Part shown: piece after piece, positions 54,901 to 64,000 of the stretch
Layout: every line of letters starts with the position of its first letter
Numbering within the stretch: the first letter of the stretch is position 1
Source: an uncultured virus (IMG/VR IMGVR_UViG_3300043602_000144)
Taxonomy: Duplodnaviria; Heunggongvirae; Uroviricota; Caudoviricetes
Strand: one strand, 5' to 3'
IMG/VR virus record: IMGVR_UViG_3300043602_000144
DNA length: 64,000 nt
Made by a program: the position numbers and the translations under genes
The notes under the pieces: generated by a model
What the model saw: the letters and a program-made list of their open reading frames with translations, nothing else
Database searches by the model: none
Told to the model about the DNA's origin: nothing

Positions 54901-55473
54901 TTAACGCTGGATGCCGAGTTGAACGACGTTGAGATCGCCCGGCGTGGTGCGAGCGTATTTCCAACGAGCACCGGGAACCGGACCGATGCCGCCGGTATTG
55001 GTGAGCGTGCCGTCGGCAGCGATGAAGTGAACCGGATCACCGGCAGCAACCGCCACAACTGCATTCGCGAACATCTCGCCTTTGGTCAAGATGCCCATCT
55101 CGGTGTACTGCGGATAGACACCGTCGGCGATTGCTACCGTGGTCGGATTGACGAGCGTCGGATCATAAATCGTGATGCCGAGAAAGCCGACGAGCGTACC
55201 GCCGATCACGGCATCCTCGTCACGCGTTCCCTGCGACACTGCGCGTGCAGCGGGAATGCCCGCAGCGGTCGCACAGTTTCGCGAGACAGCGTTGTAATCA
55301 ACCATGCGGTTGATCATTCCAGGAAGGCCCGCTCGCATGGTCTCAGGGAATGTTGCCTGAGGAACCCCGAGCGGATTGACCTGAACGATGTCTCTACCTT
55401 CTCGACGAGCGACCTCGTTTCGCTGCGCCACATCCTCTCGGGACTGTTCCCGGGTGGTCTGAGTTTCTGCCAT
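54901..55473 (-). CDS. Capsid decoration/cement protein
   Basis: Between protease and MCP; GLPGM, FLGIT, VAAGDPV. Confidence 0.7.
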   Translation of the reverse strand: MAETQTTREQSREDVAQRNEVARREGRDIVQVNPLGVPQATFPETMRAGLPGMINRMVDYNAVSRNCATAAGIPAARAVSQGTRDEDAVIGGTLVGFLGITIYDPTLVNPTTVAIADGVYPQYTEMGILTKGEMFANAVVAVAAGDPVHFIAADGTLTNTGGIGPVPGARWKYARTTPGDLNVVQLGIQR

Positions 55474-55526
55474 CTTGGTAGCTCCTGTTTAAAGAAAGTG
55501 AATTTCCGAGTCGAGTCGTGATGCCG

Positions 55527-56711
55527 TCAGGCGTGCTGACGAACGCCAGCCGTCTTCCAGCGGTTCGCCAGAAGATCGTCGTATTCTTGATAGGCCTTGG
55601 TGCGCTGATCGACACCTGAGTCAGCGGTGTGCTGCAGCACGTTGACAACGTGTCGCAGGTCGTTGGGAGCGCCGGAGTCGACGGTGGCCGTCAGCGTATT
55701 GAACGACGCCGTGATCATCTCGTCGGTCCAGTCCTTGGCCGTGGCGCCGAGTTTCGCGTTGACAACCTGACGACGGATATCACTATCCATCTTCCCGTCG
55801 ACCAGCACCGCATCGCCGATGATAGACTTGGCACGCTGCACGACTTGGACGCGGTCATGCACCATCTTGTCGAGTTGCAGCGGTGACAGTTTCGAATCGA
55901 CAAGTTGCTGCTTCAACGTCGTGATCTCAGCATCCTTGGTCTGCGTCACCGCAGCGGCGTTCGCCGTTTCGGTCCGGGCTGTGGCGAGCTCAGTCTGCGA
56001 GGTTGCCTGCAGTGTAGCAAGATCCGCCCTCGCGGTTCCGAGATCTTTCTCCAGTCCTGAGATCCTTCGCTCAACAACCTGAAGGTCTCGCTCTTCCATC
56101 TCAACAGAGATGCCGTCAATCATCATAGTTCTCGTGGCCATCTTAGTTCTCCTGTTATGAGGGTCATCATCACCCATACGCAACTTCGGTCCACCACGCG
56201 CGGTATGGGTGATCGCAACATGGTTGGCACGGATAGCAGTCTGCGTCGCATCGTAGGCTTCGCCCTTGTCGGTCACGCCGTCAGCCCACGCCAGCATCGC
56301 GGTGTAGCCAACAGACAGTTGTGACTTGCCCTTGCGAACCTCGTCAACGATATCAGCATCCATCAGCACGAGTGGTACTCTGACAAATTCGCCGTCCCTG
56401 AGTATCTCGTCACCGAGATGACCGACTGCTAGATTCTTCCAATTCTTCGAAGTCACCTGCTCTCGCGGATGCTCGTCTGTCACGGGCTTATGCGCCAGCG
56501 ATGCGATGGCATCTGCATGAAACACTTCAGCCTCCGGCCGGTAGACCCTGACCTGCTTCAGATCAGGACGACCAAGCTCAGCACCGCTATAGACCTGAAT
56601 ACCTGTTCTGGCGATACGAGGATTGGCGACGAGATAACCGTCGCTCGTTTCACGCATCTTGGACTCAGCATCTAGAACAACGGTCTCTAAGAAATCTTGC
56701 GACTTGTTCAT
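55527..56711 (-). CDS. DUF2213-type prohead protease/scaffold
   Basis: DGYL..IARTGIQVY, VYRPEAEVF, PVTDEHP, QLSVGY, NHVAI..ARGG. Confidence 0.9.
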   Translation of the reverse strand: MNKSQDFLETVVLDAESKMRETSDGYLVANPRIARTGIQVYSGAELGRPDLKQVRVYRPEAEVFHADAIASLAHKPVTDEHPREQVTSKNWKNLAVGHLGDEILRDGEFVRVPLVLMDADIVDEVRKGKSQLSVGYTAMLAWADGVTDKGEAYDATQTAIRANHVAITHTARGGPKLRMGDDDPHNRRTKMATRTMMIDGISVEMEERDLQVVERRISGLEKDLGTARADLATLQATSQTELATARTETANAAAVTQTKDAEITTLKQQLVDSKLSPLQLDKMVHDRVQVVQRAKSIIGDAVLVDGKMDSDIRRQVVNAKLGATAKDWTDEMITASFNTLTATVDSGAPNDLRHVVNVLQHTADSGVDQRTKAYQEYDDLLANRWKTAGVRQHA

Positions 56712-56727
56712 TCTATCAACTCCATGT

Positions 56728-57024
56728 CTAGCGCGGTGGCTGCCGCTGCTGTACGTCTTTGAGGTATTGCTCAACGAGACGCCTGATCGTTGATTCGTTG
56801 GCCGAGATCTTCTGTTCTAGCACGGCGATCTGGTGTGCCATGTCATCCATGCGCTTCACGCTGTACGCAGCCCCACGCGTCTCAAGAATATGAACTCGTG
56901 TCTCAAGCTTGACCGAGTATGTGAGAATGCTCGCGGCAGCCGCACCGATGGCGATAAGCTGTGCGACGAGAAAAAGAGCTAAGGATGAATTCTCCTTGAC
57001 CCACGACTTGGCGTTCTCGACCAT
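56728..57024 (-). CDS. Membrane protein with coiled coil
   Basis: One TM segment followed by heptads. Confidence 0.55.
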   Translation of the reverse strand: MVENAKSWVKENSSLALFLVAQLIAIGAAAASILTYSVKLETRVHILETRGAAYSVKRMDDMAHQIAVLEQKISANESTIRRLVEQYLKDVQQRQPPR

Positions 57025-57025
57025 T

Positions 57026-57307
57026 TCATTTGGGCTCCGCCACTGGCGGGGTCGGTTTACTCTGGACGGCATCAAGCACCAACTTCATGATGTCGGCTGA
57101 TACACACGAAGCCATCAGCTTATCGGTAGCCTCCTGCCACCGAACAATCATCGTAGCGGTTTCGGCTCGCTGTGATAAATTAGACGACCCTGAATAAAAC
57201 AGATAACCGAGCAGCACGAAATTCATCACCACCAGCGCAAGCGCAAGCGGCTGCTCGCGCATGATGCCAAGGAATGCTCCAATCTGTTTGCCATCAGGAA
57301 CGACCAT
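57026..57307 (-). CDS. Small membrane protein
   Basis: QPLALALVVMNFVLLGYLFY. Confidence 0.6.
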   Translation of the reverse strand: MVVPDGKQIGAFLGIMREQPLALALVVMNFVLLGYLFYSGSSNLSQRAETATMIVRWQEATDKLMASCVSADIMKLVLDAVQSKPTPPVAEPK

Positions 57308-57750
57308 CAGTCGTCACCGGGTTTGGGTTGCGGTGGCACAGTCGGCTCGCTGATCATCGGTGTTAGCTCAGCAGCTTGCGGTGTCGGCGGCGGAGTCATT
57401 GGTTTTTCAGCATCCTCGATGCGCCATTTTTCCATGAAGCCTCGCATCACTTCGAGGATTGCCTCGAAACTGACAGGCGTACCGTTCACATCGATCGTGT
57501 CTTTCAACACATCTTCAATGGTACGAAAGACTGGAGCGCCGGGCATGGTTCCGTAAATCTTGCCCGGCTCGCCGCCGGCGAACGGCATGCCGCTGACACG
57601 AAAGATATTCGCACCCTCGCTGGGCTTCTCCGGTTCCTGAAGCAGTACTTCGCCATAGCCGACGACCGACTGTGGTACACCGAGCGGAGTGTTGATCTCG
57701 ACACGTCCAAGCCTCCATGAGGCTGCGACGCTGACGGTGACTGATGTCAT
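57307..57750 (-). CDS. Hypothetical protein
   Basis: Translationally coupled on both sides. Confidence 0.6.
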   Translation of the reverse strand: MTSVTVSVAASWRLGRVEINTPLGVPQSVVGYGEVLLQEPEKPSEGANIFRVSGMPFAGGEPGKIYGTMPGAPVFRTIEDVLKDTIDVNGTPVSFEAILEVMRGFMEKWRIEDAEKPMTPPPTPQAAELTPMISEPTVPPQPKPGDD

Positions 57751-58034
57751 CGACCGTCTCCGTTCATCGCCCTGTGCTCAGGTCGATCCAGTGGTGGTTC
57801 AGTTTCAGGCTGCGGCGGCACCGGAGGATAAGGATGCGGCTGAGAAGGCTGCGGCGGAGGGGGAGTCGGCCTCGGCTGTTGCGGCTGCGGCTGCTGCTCC
57901 GCCGCCTTTTGCTGAAGGTCCATGACCTGCTTGAGAACAATGATCTGCATGTGAAGATCACCGATCACGAACCGAACCTCTTTCTCGATAGCTTGGTTCA
58001 ACTGGTTCGATATCGTCTGCTGTTGATCAACCAT
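57747..58034 (-). CDS. Pro/Gln-rich hypothetical protein
   Basis: AAGGA RBS; coupled to neighbours. Confidence 0.55.
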   Translation of the reverse strand: MVDQQQTISNQLNQAIEKEVRFVIGDLHMQIIVLKQVMDLQQKAAEQQPQPQQPRPTPPPPQPSQPHPYPPVPPQPETEPPLDRPEHRAMNGDGR

Positions 58035-58539
58035 TAGACTTCCTTTCTAGTTGGTCAAGTCTCGCCGTGATGGCGTCGAGCCGGTCCAAGATTTTTTGTT
58101 CGATTGGCGATGGCAGTGGTGGTGGCAGCACCAGCGGCGCAAACGATTGATCCTCGGCGTTGTAGATTTTGCCGCCGAACTCGGCGAGCGGGTCGTCACA
58201 CTCGAAGCCGACAATCTCGATGACCCGCTGGTTGACCGGCAGCACTGCGGTCGGATCGTAGTTGGCGGTGGCGACGATGTGCTTATTGAAGTGCTTGTGG
58301 TGGTAGACGCTACAGATCAGGCTGCCGGACATGAAGTTCGGTACGAGCGGCTGTGTCTCGCCATTTAACTCCAGCAAGCTAGTTGGCCTTGGATGCATCA
58401 GATAGAAGTTCGGGCGCACGTAGTCATACCAATCGACGCCGTCGCTCTCACGTCGCATGTAGAAGGCGTTGGTCGGAGCATCCCCACGAGGTCTGTCCGG
58501 CTTGTACTTGACCCACATGCCGTGGTCGATGATCTTCAT
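58027..58539 (-). CDS. Fibre assembly-like protein, paralogue of 41504-41932
   Basis: IIDHG..RESDGVDWY..DPTAVLP..VIEI. Confidence 0.65.
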   Translation of the reverse strand: MKIIDHGMWVKYKPDRPRGDAPTNAFYMRRESDGVDWYDYVRPNFYLMHPRPTSLLELNGETQPLVPNFMSGSLICSVYHHKHFNKHIVATANYDPTAVLPVNQRVIEIVGFECDDPLAEFGGKIYNAEDQSFAPLVLPPPLPSPIEQKILDRLDAITARLDQLERKSNG

Positions 58540-59564
58540 CCAGCTTCCGCTCCGTAGTTGCCATCCGCGCGCCGGACCTGAAGGTAACGGTAGCGTTGAG
58601 TTAAATAAGAACCACCGAAACCGCTTGGATTAGCACCGCTGCATCCGGTGTGGCAGGCAGTCGGTCCATACGGTTCTTCCAGTCCGTTGTCGCTACTGTG
58701 GACATAGTCACCGGCATGGACGGTCCGCACGTTGTGGACGGGATACTCTCCGTACTCCTCCCGCGACCAGAACTGATACTGCACTCCGCCAACCGACCAG
58801 CCGCCGAAGCCGAAGCGGTTGTTGTTCATCAGTCCCATGTTGGCGGCATAACCTCCACCGGGACGCCAGTATGAGATGAAGGCATCGTAGCCCGCACTGC
58901 CGTTGGCGTAGATCAGGATGCCGCCGTGACTGCCTTGATAGAGCGAGGCAGCTTGTTGGTTGAACTGAATGTGACTACTAGCAGTGAGGGCTGCTAGCGT
59001 CGACGTTCCAGCGACGCTGAGCGCGTTGTTCAAGACCAGTGATCCAGAATTCAAATAGCCGAAGGTTGACGTACCACTTGCAGCCTGAAAGTAGATGCTC
59101 CCGCCTGGAGGCGGACGGATCGCTATATTTGTACCGTCGACGTGAAAGCCGACAGGAGCAGTACCACCGAACTGCGCAGCATATCCTTCCGTCGTATTGA
59201 AGTGCGGCGCAGTCGTTATGTTGCTCAGCGAGAAATTCGTGCCGTTCCAGTACAGATAGGTGTCGCCAGCGCCGAAGTAGATCGCGCCCGTGGTTGTCGT
59301 ACGAGTCGCCCGAACGTCCCGCGTAGTGAGATCGCCGGACATCGAGTCGCCGGCCTTCAAGACTCGCTTCGCCACTTCCGCATCGACGTAGGCCTTGGTC
59401 ACGTCGCTGATGATCTCAGCCCAAGTCGCATCCTTGCGCCCATAGATTTTCCCAGTGACCGGCGCATCAGCGAATGTCGCGGGCAGCGGCATCCATTTCT
59501 GGTTGTCCCAGATATAGTTGCCGTATACCTGCCCCTCTATCGGTGCGTCAGGAAAGTTCATCAT
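58536..59564 (-). CDS. Fibre protein
   Basis: Start MMNFPDAP (ATGA overlap); DAP.TGKIYGRK, TKAYVD, KAGDSMSG, C-terminal RYRYLQV. Confidence 0.75.
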   Translation of the reverse strand: MMNFPDAPIEGQVYGNYIWDNQKWMPLPATFADAPVTGKIYGRKDATWAEIISDVTKAYVDAEVAKRVLKAGDSMSGDLTTRDVRATRTTTTGAIYFGAGDTYLYWNGTNFSLSNITTAPHFNTTEGYAAQFGGTAPVGFHVDGTNIAIRPPPGGSIYFQAASGTSTFGYLNSGSLVLNNALSVAGTSTLAALTASSHIQFNQQAASLYQGSHGGILIYANGSAGYDAFISYWRPGGGYAANMGLMNNNRFGFGGWSVGGVQYQFWSREEYGEYPVHNVRTVHAGDYVHSSDNGLEEPYGPTACHTGCSGANPSGFGGSYLTQRYRYLQVRRADGNYGAEAG

Positions 59565-60937
59565 GAGTACGGCACCGTCGGCACCGTGAAGTTCGCGGTC
59601 CAGCGCGCGACGCCCTTGCTGATGCGAAGCTCGTCCATCAGGCCGTATCCCCAGTACTGCGCGCCCTCGGCATTCCACACACCGACAAACATCTGATCGT
59701 TGCCGACGCTGTAGAGCGGCAGCGTGGACCCGGCGTAGGTACTCTGCAGCACGCCGTCCTTGAACCCGTAGAACACACCGTTCTTTCGTGTGATGGCACG
59801 GTGCGACCAGACGTTGGTCGTGTACGAGCCGAGCGAAAAGTTGACCAAGTCCCAAGACGTGGCGTTGTTTGACGTATAGCAATAGATCAACCCACCGGAC
59901 GCCCACCCGAACAAGAACGGCTGATAGGTTCGCGTCGTGGTGGTTCGCACCATCCCCGGACGACCGTCAACCATATCTGATCGCCAGTCCCACCATTCGA
60001 TGGTGAAGTCGCCGCTGCCGAAGTTGAGGTCTTCGCTCCCCATCAGCACGTTGTAGAAGTTCGAAGCATTGAAGTATGACGAGCCCTGCGGCCCTCCGGC
60101 GAATGCGTTGTACGGATGGCCGTAGCCGTTACCGCCCGAGAGCCCCTGCGCATAGGGCGAACTGTCTGGAAACTGCGTGCCAGCAGCGTTGGTGATGTTG
60201 TTGAAGTGATAGAGCCCGACAGTGTGCCAAGCCGACAGGTCCGGGTTCGGTCCGTAGGGGCGGCTCGGTGGTGCGAAGTTAGCAGTCCAACGTGCGATGC
60301 CTTTGCTGATTCTGATCTCGTCCAAGAGGCCCTGAAAGCCCACGCCGTTCCAATGGCCGATGCACATCGTGTGCGACGCAGGAGCGGCTAGCAACGCTAG
60401 CGAAGAAGACCACGTCGCCGTCTGCACCCCGTTCTTGAAGTGATAGAACGTGTTGCCGTTGCGTACGACAGCGAAGTGATTCCACACATTCAGTGTAACT
60501 GGACCGACATCGACGTTGGCGATATTCCAATTGGTGCCGTCGCTCGACATGTAACATTGGTTGCGGTTGCTAGCAGTGTGGCCGAGCAAGAAGCCTTGCA
60601 CGTTGTTGTCGTTCTGCCGCCGGAACACCGCCGCGCCGTCCGTTGCGCCAGTCCGGTACTCCCACCAGTCAACCGTGAAGTTGCCTACACCGAAGTCAAA
60701 GTCGGTGCTGTTTTTGACGATCATGTAGCTGGCACCGCCACCACCAAAAGACAGCGATGCGGTGCCGAACTTCTTGGTCGTCGGGTTGAGCGTCGCGCTG
60801 TAGGGAGTCGCGACGCACGGCGTACCGCCCTTGGCGACATTCATCAACGACATGTCATTGAAGTGTAGTAGCAACTTGGTGTAGCTGTCGTTGCCGCTCT
60901 CCGTCGCGATCAGCGACGCCATATTCACCGGCAGCAT
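59561..60937 (-). CDS. Tandem LamG/concanavalin A-like lectin-domain virion protein
   Basis: Two copies of LHFN..FG.G.FT..WW..W.H.A..R..D.E.RISKG.ARWTANF. Confidence 0.88.
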   Translation of the reverse strand: MLPVNMASLIATESGNDSYTKLLLHFNDMSLMNVAKGGTPCVATPYSATLNPTTKKFGTASLSFGGGGASYMIVKNSTDFDFGVGNFTVDWWEYRTGATDGAAVFRRQNDNNVQGFLLGHTASNRNQCYMSSDGTNWNIANVDVGPVTLNVWNHFAVVRNGNTFYHFKNGVQTATWSSSLALLAAPASHTMCIGHWNGVGFQGLLDEIRISKGIARWTANFAPPSRPYGPNPDLSAWHTVGLYHFNNITNAAGTQFPDSSPYAQGLSGGNGYGHPYNAFAGGPQGSSYFNASNFYNVLMGSEDLNFGSGDFTIEWWDWRSDMVDGRPGMVRTTTTRTYQPFLFGWASGGLIYCYTSNNATSWDLVNFSLGSYTTNVWSHRAITRKNGVFYGFKDGVLQSTYAGSTLPLYSVGNDQMFVGVWNAEGAQYWGYGLMDELRISKGVARWTANFTVPTVPYS

Positions 60938-62820
60938 TATTTGAAGTCCGGGCCGATGGTGCAGTAAATGTAGTTAGCCGGGTCCTGTACCCAGTACGAC
61001 AACAGATCAACCGCGTTGGGCGTTAGCGTTGGCTTGATACCGCCGGAGAATTTCCATCTCGATCCCCACGTCGTGATGCTCGCGGTCGCGGAGTTCGACA
61101 ACAGAATGGTGCCGCGCTGTCCCACTTTCGCGTTGATCGGGTTGGCCAGCGTCTTGCCCGCAGCGCTGACGTAGTACCAGAAATCAAACGCCTTGCTGAA
61201 ATCGAGCGTCAACACGCCAGCAATATCGGTGCCCGACACATCAAGGTTCGCCATCGCGCTCCACGCTGCACCCGACGTGAGCAGCTTGGTTGGCGCGGAG
61301 TTGGCGAGATATTCGGCGGCAGTCGCTGACGCAACCTCGGCCCACACTGCGCTCTTGCGAGCGTACATCTTGCCGTCGTTCGGAGCGTCGGTGAGATCGC
61401 CGGGATCGCCCTTTGGTCCCTGAACACCTTGATAACCCTGATCACCCTTCAGGCCTTGTGGGCCGACCGGACCGACCGGACCCTGTACTCCCTGAATGCC
61501 TTGATCACCTTGATCGCCCTTCACACCCTGAATGCCTTGGATACCTTGCGGACCCATGCCAGCGACTGGAGTAGAAACAACCCACTGACTAGAGGTGCCA
61601 TCATCATAGAACACGAACATGAAACCCGAGTCCGCCTCGAACCACATGTCGCCGATTTTCGGGTTCAGCGGCGGATTATCACTGATAGAAACACGCGCGC
61701 CACTCGCCTCGATCAGTGACCACGCCTCGTTCTTGCGTCCATAAGTTTGACCATCGCTTGGCGCTTCGTCAGCGCCCAAACTGCCGGGGTCGCCCTTTTC
61801 ACCCTGAATGCCCTGCGGTCCTGTCGCGCCAGTGTTACCTGTCGGACCGATTACACCTTGATCTCCCTTGTCGCCTTTCGCACCCTGATTGCCGGTATCG
61901 CCCTTGATACCTTGTGGTCCCGTTGCACCGACAGGACCGACGATGCCTTGGTCTCCCTTATCACCCTTGACACCTTGTGGTCCCTGTGCGCCGACCGGAC
62001 CTATCGGTCCAGTGTCGCCGCGCGATCCCTGAAAACCCTGAGGCCCCTGCGGACCGACGGGACCGACCGGACCTTGCGGTCCCACTGGACCGGGCTGCCC
62101 TCGCGTGCGAAGGATGACCGTGACTTCCATATTGTTAGAGAAATTCTGGCCGACCTGCCCGGTGTACTCCACCCACAACTCGAACCAATCGGTTCGATCG
62201 ATTGCCGGAGCCAGCATCCGGAACGTCTGGTTCTGCGCCGACATCCCTCTGCGCTGAATGACGAACTCGTCATCGAACTTCGCAGTCGTAAACGCGATGG
62301 TTGGATCAAGACCATCTTGAGTTAATCGGTCAAAGTAAATGCGTGTTACCGCTGAGGTCGTCGTATTGTTGTAACGCAGCCGACCTGCACCTGGATCCAT
62401 CGCTGACGTAGCACTGTCGAACCTATAAAGCCACATCGAGGATGAGGCACCAGCCGGTCCCTGTGGTCCGACTGGTCCCTCAGGTCCAGGTGGTCCTGGA
62501 TCTCCCTTTTCACCACCTCCTTCGCCGATGATCACGCCGTTTTCAATACGAAGCCCATCACCGATTTCCAGGCGTTGCACCGGACCACGCACCGGATCGT
62601 AGCGGCCGAGCAGCGTATTCGGATCGGCCTCCATTACGATGTCATCATTGTAGTTCGAGAAGATACCTTCCATCAAAGGCTGACCGTTTTCGTCTTCCTG
62701 AAGACGATTGACGAGCCATGCCAGCGGATCGGCAGGAGGTGTCGGCGGCGCACCGGACGGACCCGGTATTGCCGTGAAGCCTCGCATCCGCGCCTTTGAT
62801 TTACTGCTCGCGCTGCTCAT
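60937..62820 (-). CDS. Collagen-like fibre protein
   Basis: Three Gly-X-Y tracts and two AP.DG..Y.RK motifs. Confidence 0.9.
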   Translation of the reverse strand: MSSASSKSKARMRGFTAIPGPSGAPPTPPADPLAWLVNRLQEDENGQPLMEGIFSNYNDDIVMEADPNTLLGRYDPVRGPVQRLEIGDGLRIENGVIIGEGGGEKGDPGPPGPEGPVGPQGPAGASSSMWLYRFDSATSAMDPGAGRLRYNNTTTSAVTRIYFDRLTQDGLDPTIAFTTAKFDDEFVIQRRGMSAQNQTFRMLAPAIDRTDWFELWVEYTGQVGQNFSNNMEVTVILRTRGQPGPVGPQGPVGPVGPQGPQGFQGSRGDTGPIGPVGAQGPQGVKGDKGDQGIVGPVGATGPQGIKGDTGNQGAKGDKGDQGVIGPTGNTGATGPQGIQGEKGDPGSLGADEAPSDGQTYGRKNEAWSLIEASGARVSISDNPPLNPKIGDMWFEADSGFMFVFYDDGTSSQWVVSTPVAGMGPQGIQGIQGVKGDQGDQGIQGVQGPVGPVGPQGLKGDQGYQGVQGPKGDPGDLTDAPNDGKMYARKSAVWAEVASATAAEYLANSAPTKLLTSGAAWSAMANLDVSGTDIAGVLTLDFSKAFDFWYYVSAAGKTLANPINAKVGQRGTILLSNSATASITTWGSRWKFSGGIKPTLTPNAVDLLSYWVQDPANYIYCTIGPDFK

Positions 62821-64000
62821 GCAGCCCTCTTCCTCCACTCAGCTGTTCCAGGATTGACCCACCCTCTGGTGCCTGGATTGACCCATCCTGCCGTCCCTGC
62901 ATACACCCATGTCGTAGTGCCTGGATACGATCCAGGAAGCGGATCTGGTTCTGGATAAGCCGGATAGCCGACATTGCCTTCCCCGGCCAACGTCGAGTAG
63001 GACGAAGGAAGAACACCAAGACCATAGATAAAGTCGTTGCCTGAAATAACAGAATTCAGTGCATCAAGATCGCCGGTGCCATAGGCAGTCAGCGAAGCGA
63101 AGCCAGACATCAGCGCGCGCTTGGCTGCGAGCAGACCAGAGCCGGTCGCCTGAACCACAGCTATCGCATCGAGAACAGAACGTCCTGATGGCAACAGACC
63201 AGTGCCGAAAGATCTTCCAAGACCGATACCTGAAGCCGCATGATCCTGAGAAAATAGAGCGCCGGAACCTGTATGACGCGCAGCGCCAACGCCTGCAATC
63301 ACTCTGGATTGCGCCTGAAGCGCGCCAGCACCTTGAATGACAACTACGCCCTCCGCCCCGAACACGCTTGCACGAGCGGAGAGGAGGGACGCCGAGCCTG
63401 CGGAGGACGAGGCCCCGAGGCTAGCCGTAGTCGCTGCTACAGAAGTCAGGACGCCGAGGCCTGACCACCGAGCAAGACCCGCTCCAGCAGCAACGCTGAC
63501 GGAGGAGGCAAGAACACCTGAAGCAATCCACGTCGCAGCACCAGAACCGGATACTGTGGCACTCTGCGCGTTTAGAATTCCAGACGCGGTGAGTGCTGCA
63601 CTGCCGACGCCGGTGACGGAAGAAGCATCCGATAGAAGTATACCTGTCCCGGTCGGGGCTGCAGCGATGCCGCCCACGCCAGACGCTACTGAGATTCCTG
63701 CGCTCAGCGTCGCCGTGCCAGAAGAGATACTCTTGCCAGAAGCAGTAATGACGCAGGCCGTCGGTACGAGGAGGGAGGCTCCCTGTGTTCCCGACAGACC
63801 TGCGCCAGCCAGAGCGGCTGTTGCGTCAAGCAGCGCACCCGTGCCTAGTGATCTCGATACAGCAGCGCCGACTGCGACCGCACTCTGCGACTGCAACGTG
63901 CCGACACCGCTGACGATGACTACGCCTTGGAAACCAGATACTGAAGCGAGTGAAGCTTGCAGCGCCGATGCTGTTTGCGTTGATGACGATGCACCCGCGC
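62817..64000 (-). CDS. Ala/Gly/Ser-rich repetitive virion protein (start probably beyond the window edge)
   Basis: Repeated G.G.L....A...G.G units; the frame appears to stay open to the window end. Confidence 0.7.
   Translation of the reverse strand, partial: AGASSSTQTASALQASLASVSGFQGVVIVSGVGTLQSQSAVAVGAAVSRSLGTGALLDATAALAGAGLSGTQGASLLVPTACVITASGKSISSGTATLSAGISVASGVGGIAAAPTGTGILLSDASSVTGVGSAALTASGILNAQSATVSGSGAATWIASGVLASSVSVAAGAGLARWSGLGVLTSVAATTASLGASSSAGSASLLSARASVFGAEGVVVIQGAGALQAQSRVIAGVGAARHTGSGALFSQDHAASGIGLGRSFGTGLLPSGRSVLDAIAVVQATGSGLLAAKRALMSGFASLTAYGTGDLDALNSVISGNDFIYGLGVLPSSYSTLAGEGNVGYPAYPEPDPLPGSYPGTTTWVYAGTAGWVNPGTRGWVNPGTAEWRKRAA

Noticed and set aside
41940..59564. Similar fibre C-termini as DGR template/variable repeats
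   Set aside because: Similarity is only at protein-motif level; no reverse transcriptase and no near-identical DNA repeat.
31478..63464. Plus-strand ORFs across the virion region
   Set aside because: Antisense shadows of tightly tiled minus-strand structural genes.

Overview
The window is most of a tailed dsDNA phage genome, probably a lytic myovirus of an alphaproteobacterial host (inferred from a VPLPA-type sorting signal and promoter shapes). No integrase, tRNA, rRNA or CRISPR array was seen. Layout: (i) a leftward primase-polymerase/helicase running off the left edge; (ii) a rightward replication and DNA-modification operon (2-16.8 kb) resembling that of YuA/M6-type phages, with SNF2 helicase, SSB-like protein, DEDDh exonuclease, aGPT-Pplase1-type protein, GT-B glycosyltransferase, P-loop kinase, dUMP-type thymidylate synthase homologue, HD nucleotidase and family A polymerase; (iii) an accessory region (16.8-31 kb) with many small ORFs, a MoxR/vWA pair, a methyltransferase, exported proteins, structured non-coding segments, two recurring regulatory motifs and C/G-run repeat tracts; (iv) a leftward virion operon (31-64 kb) with lysis genes, a P2-like contractile tail, a DUF2184-type capsid and a second fibre module. 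The main candidate for a new system is a 5-hydroxymethyluracil hypermodification cluster that also carries a T4 beta-glucosyltransferase-like enzyme, suggesting a glycosylated (base J-like) or doubly modified thymine. All family assignments come from motif recognition by eye; no database search was run.
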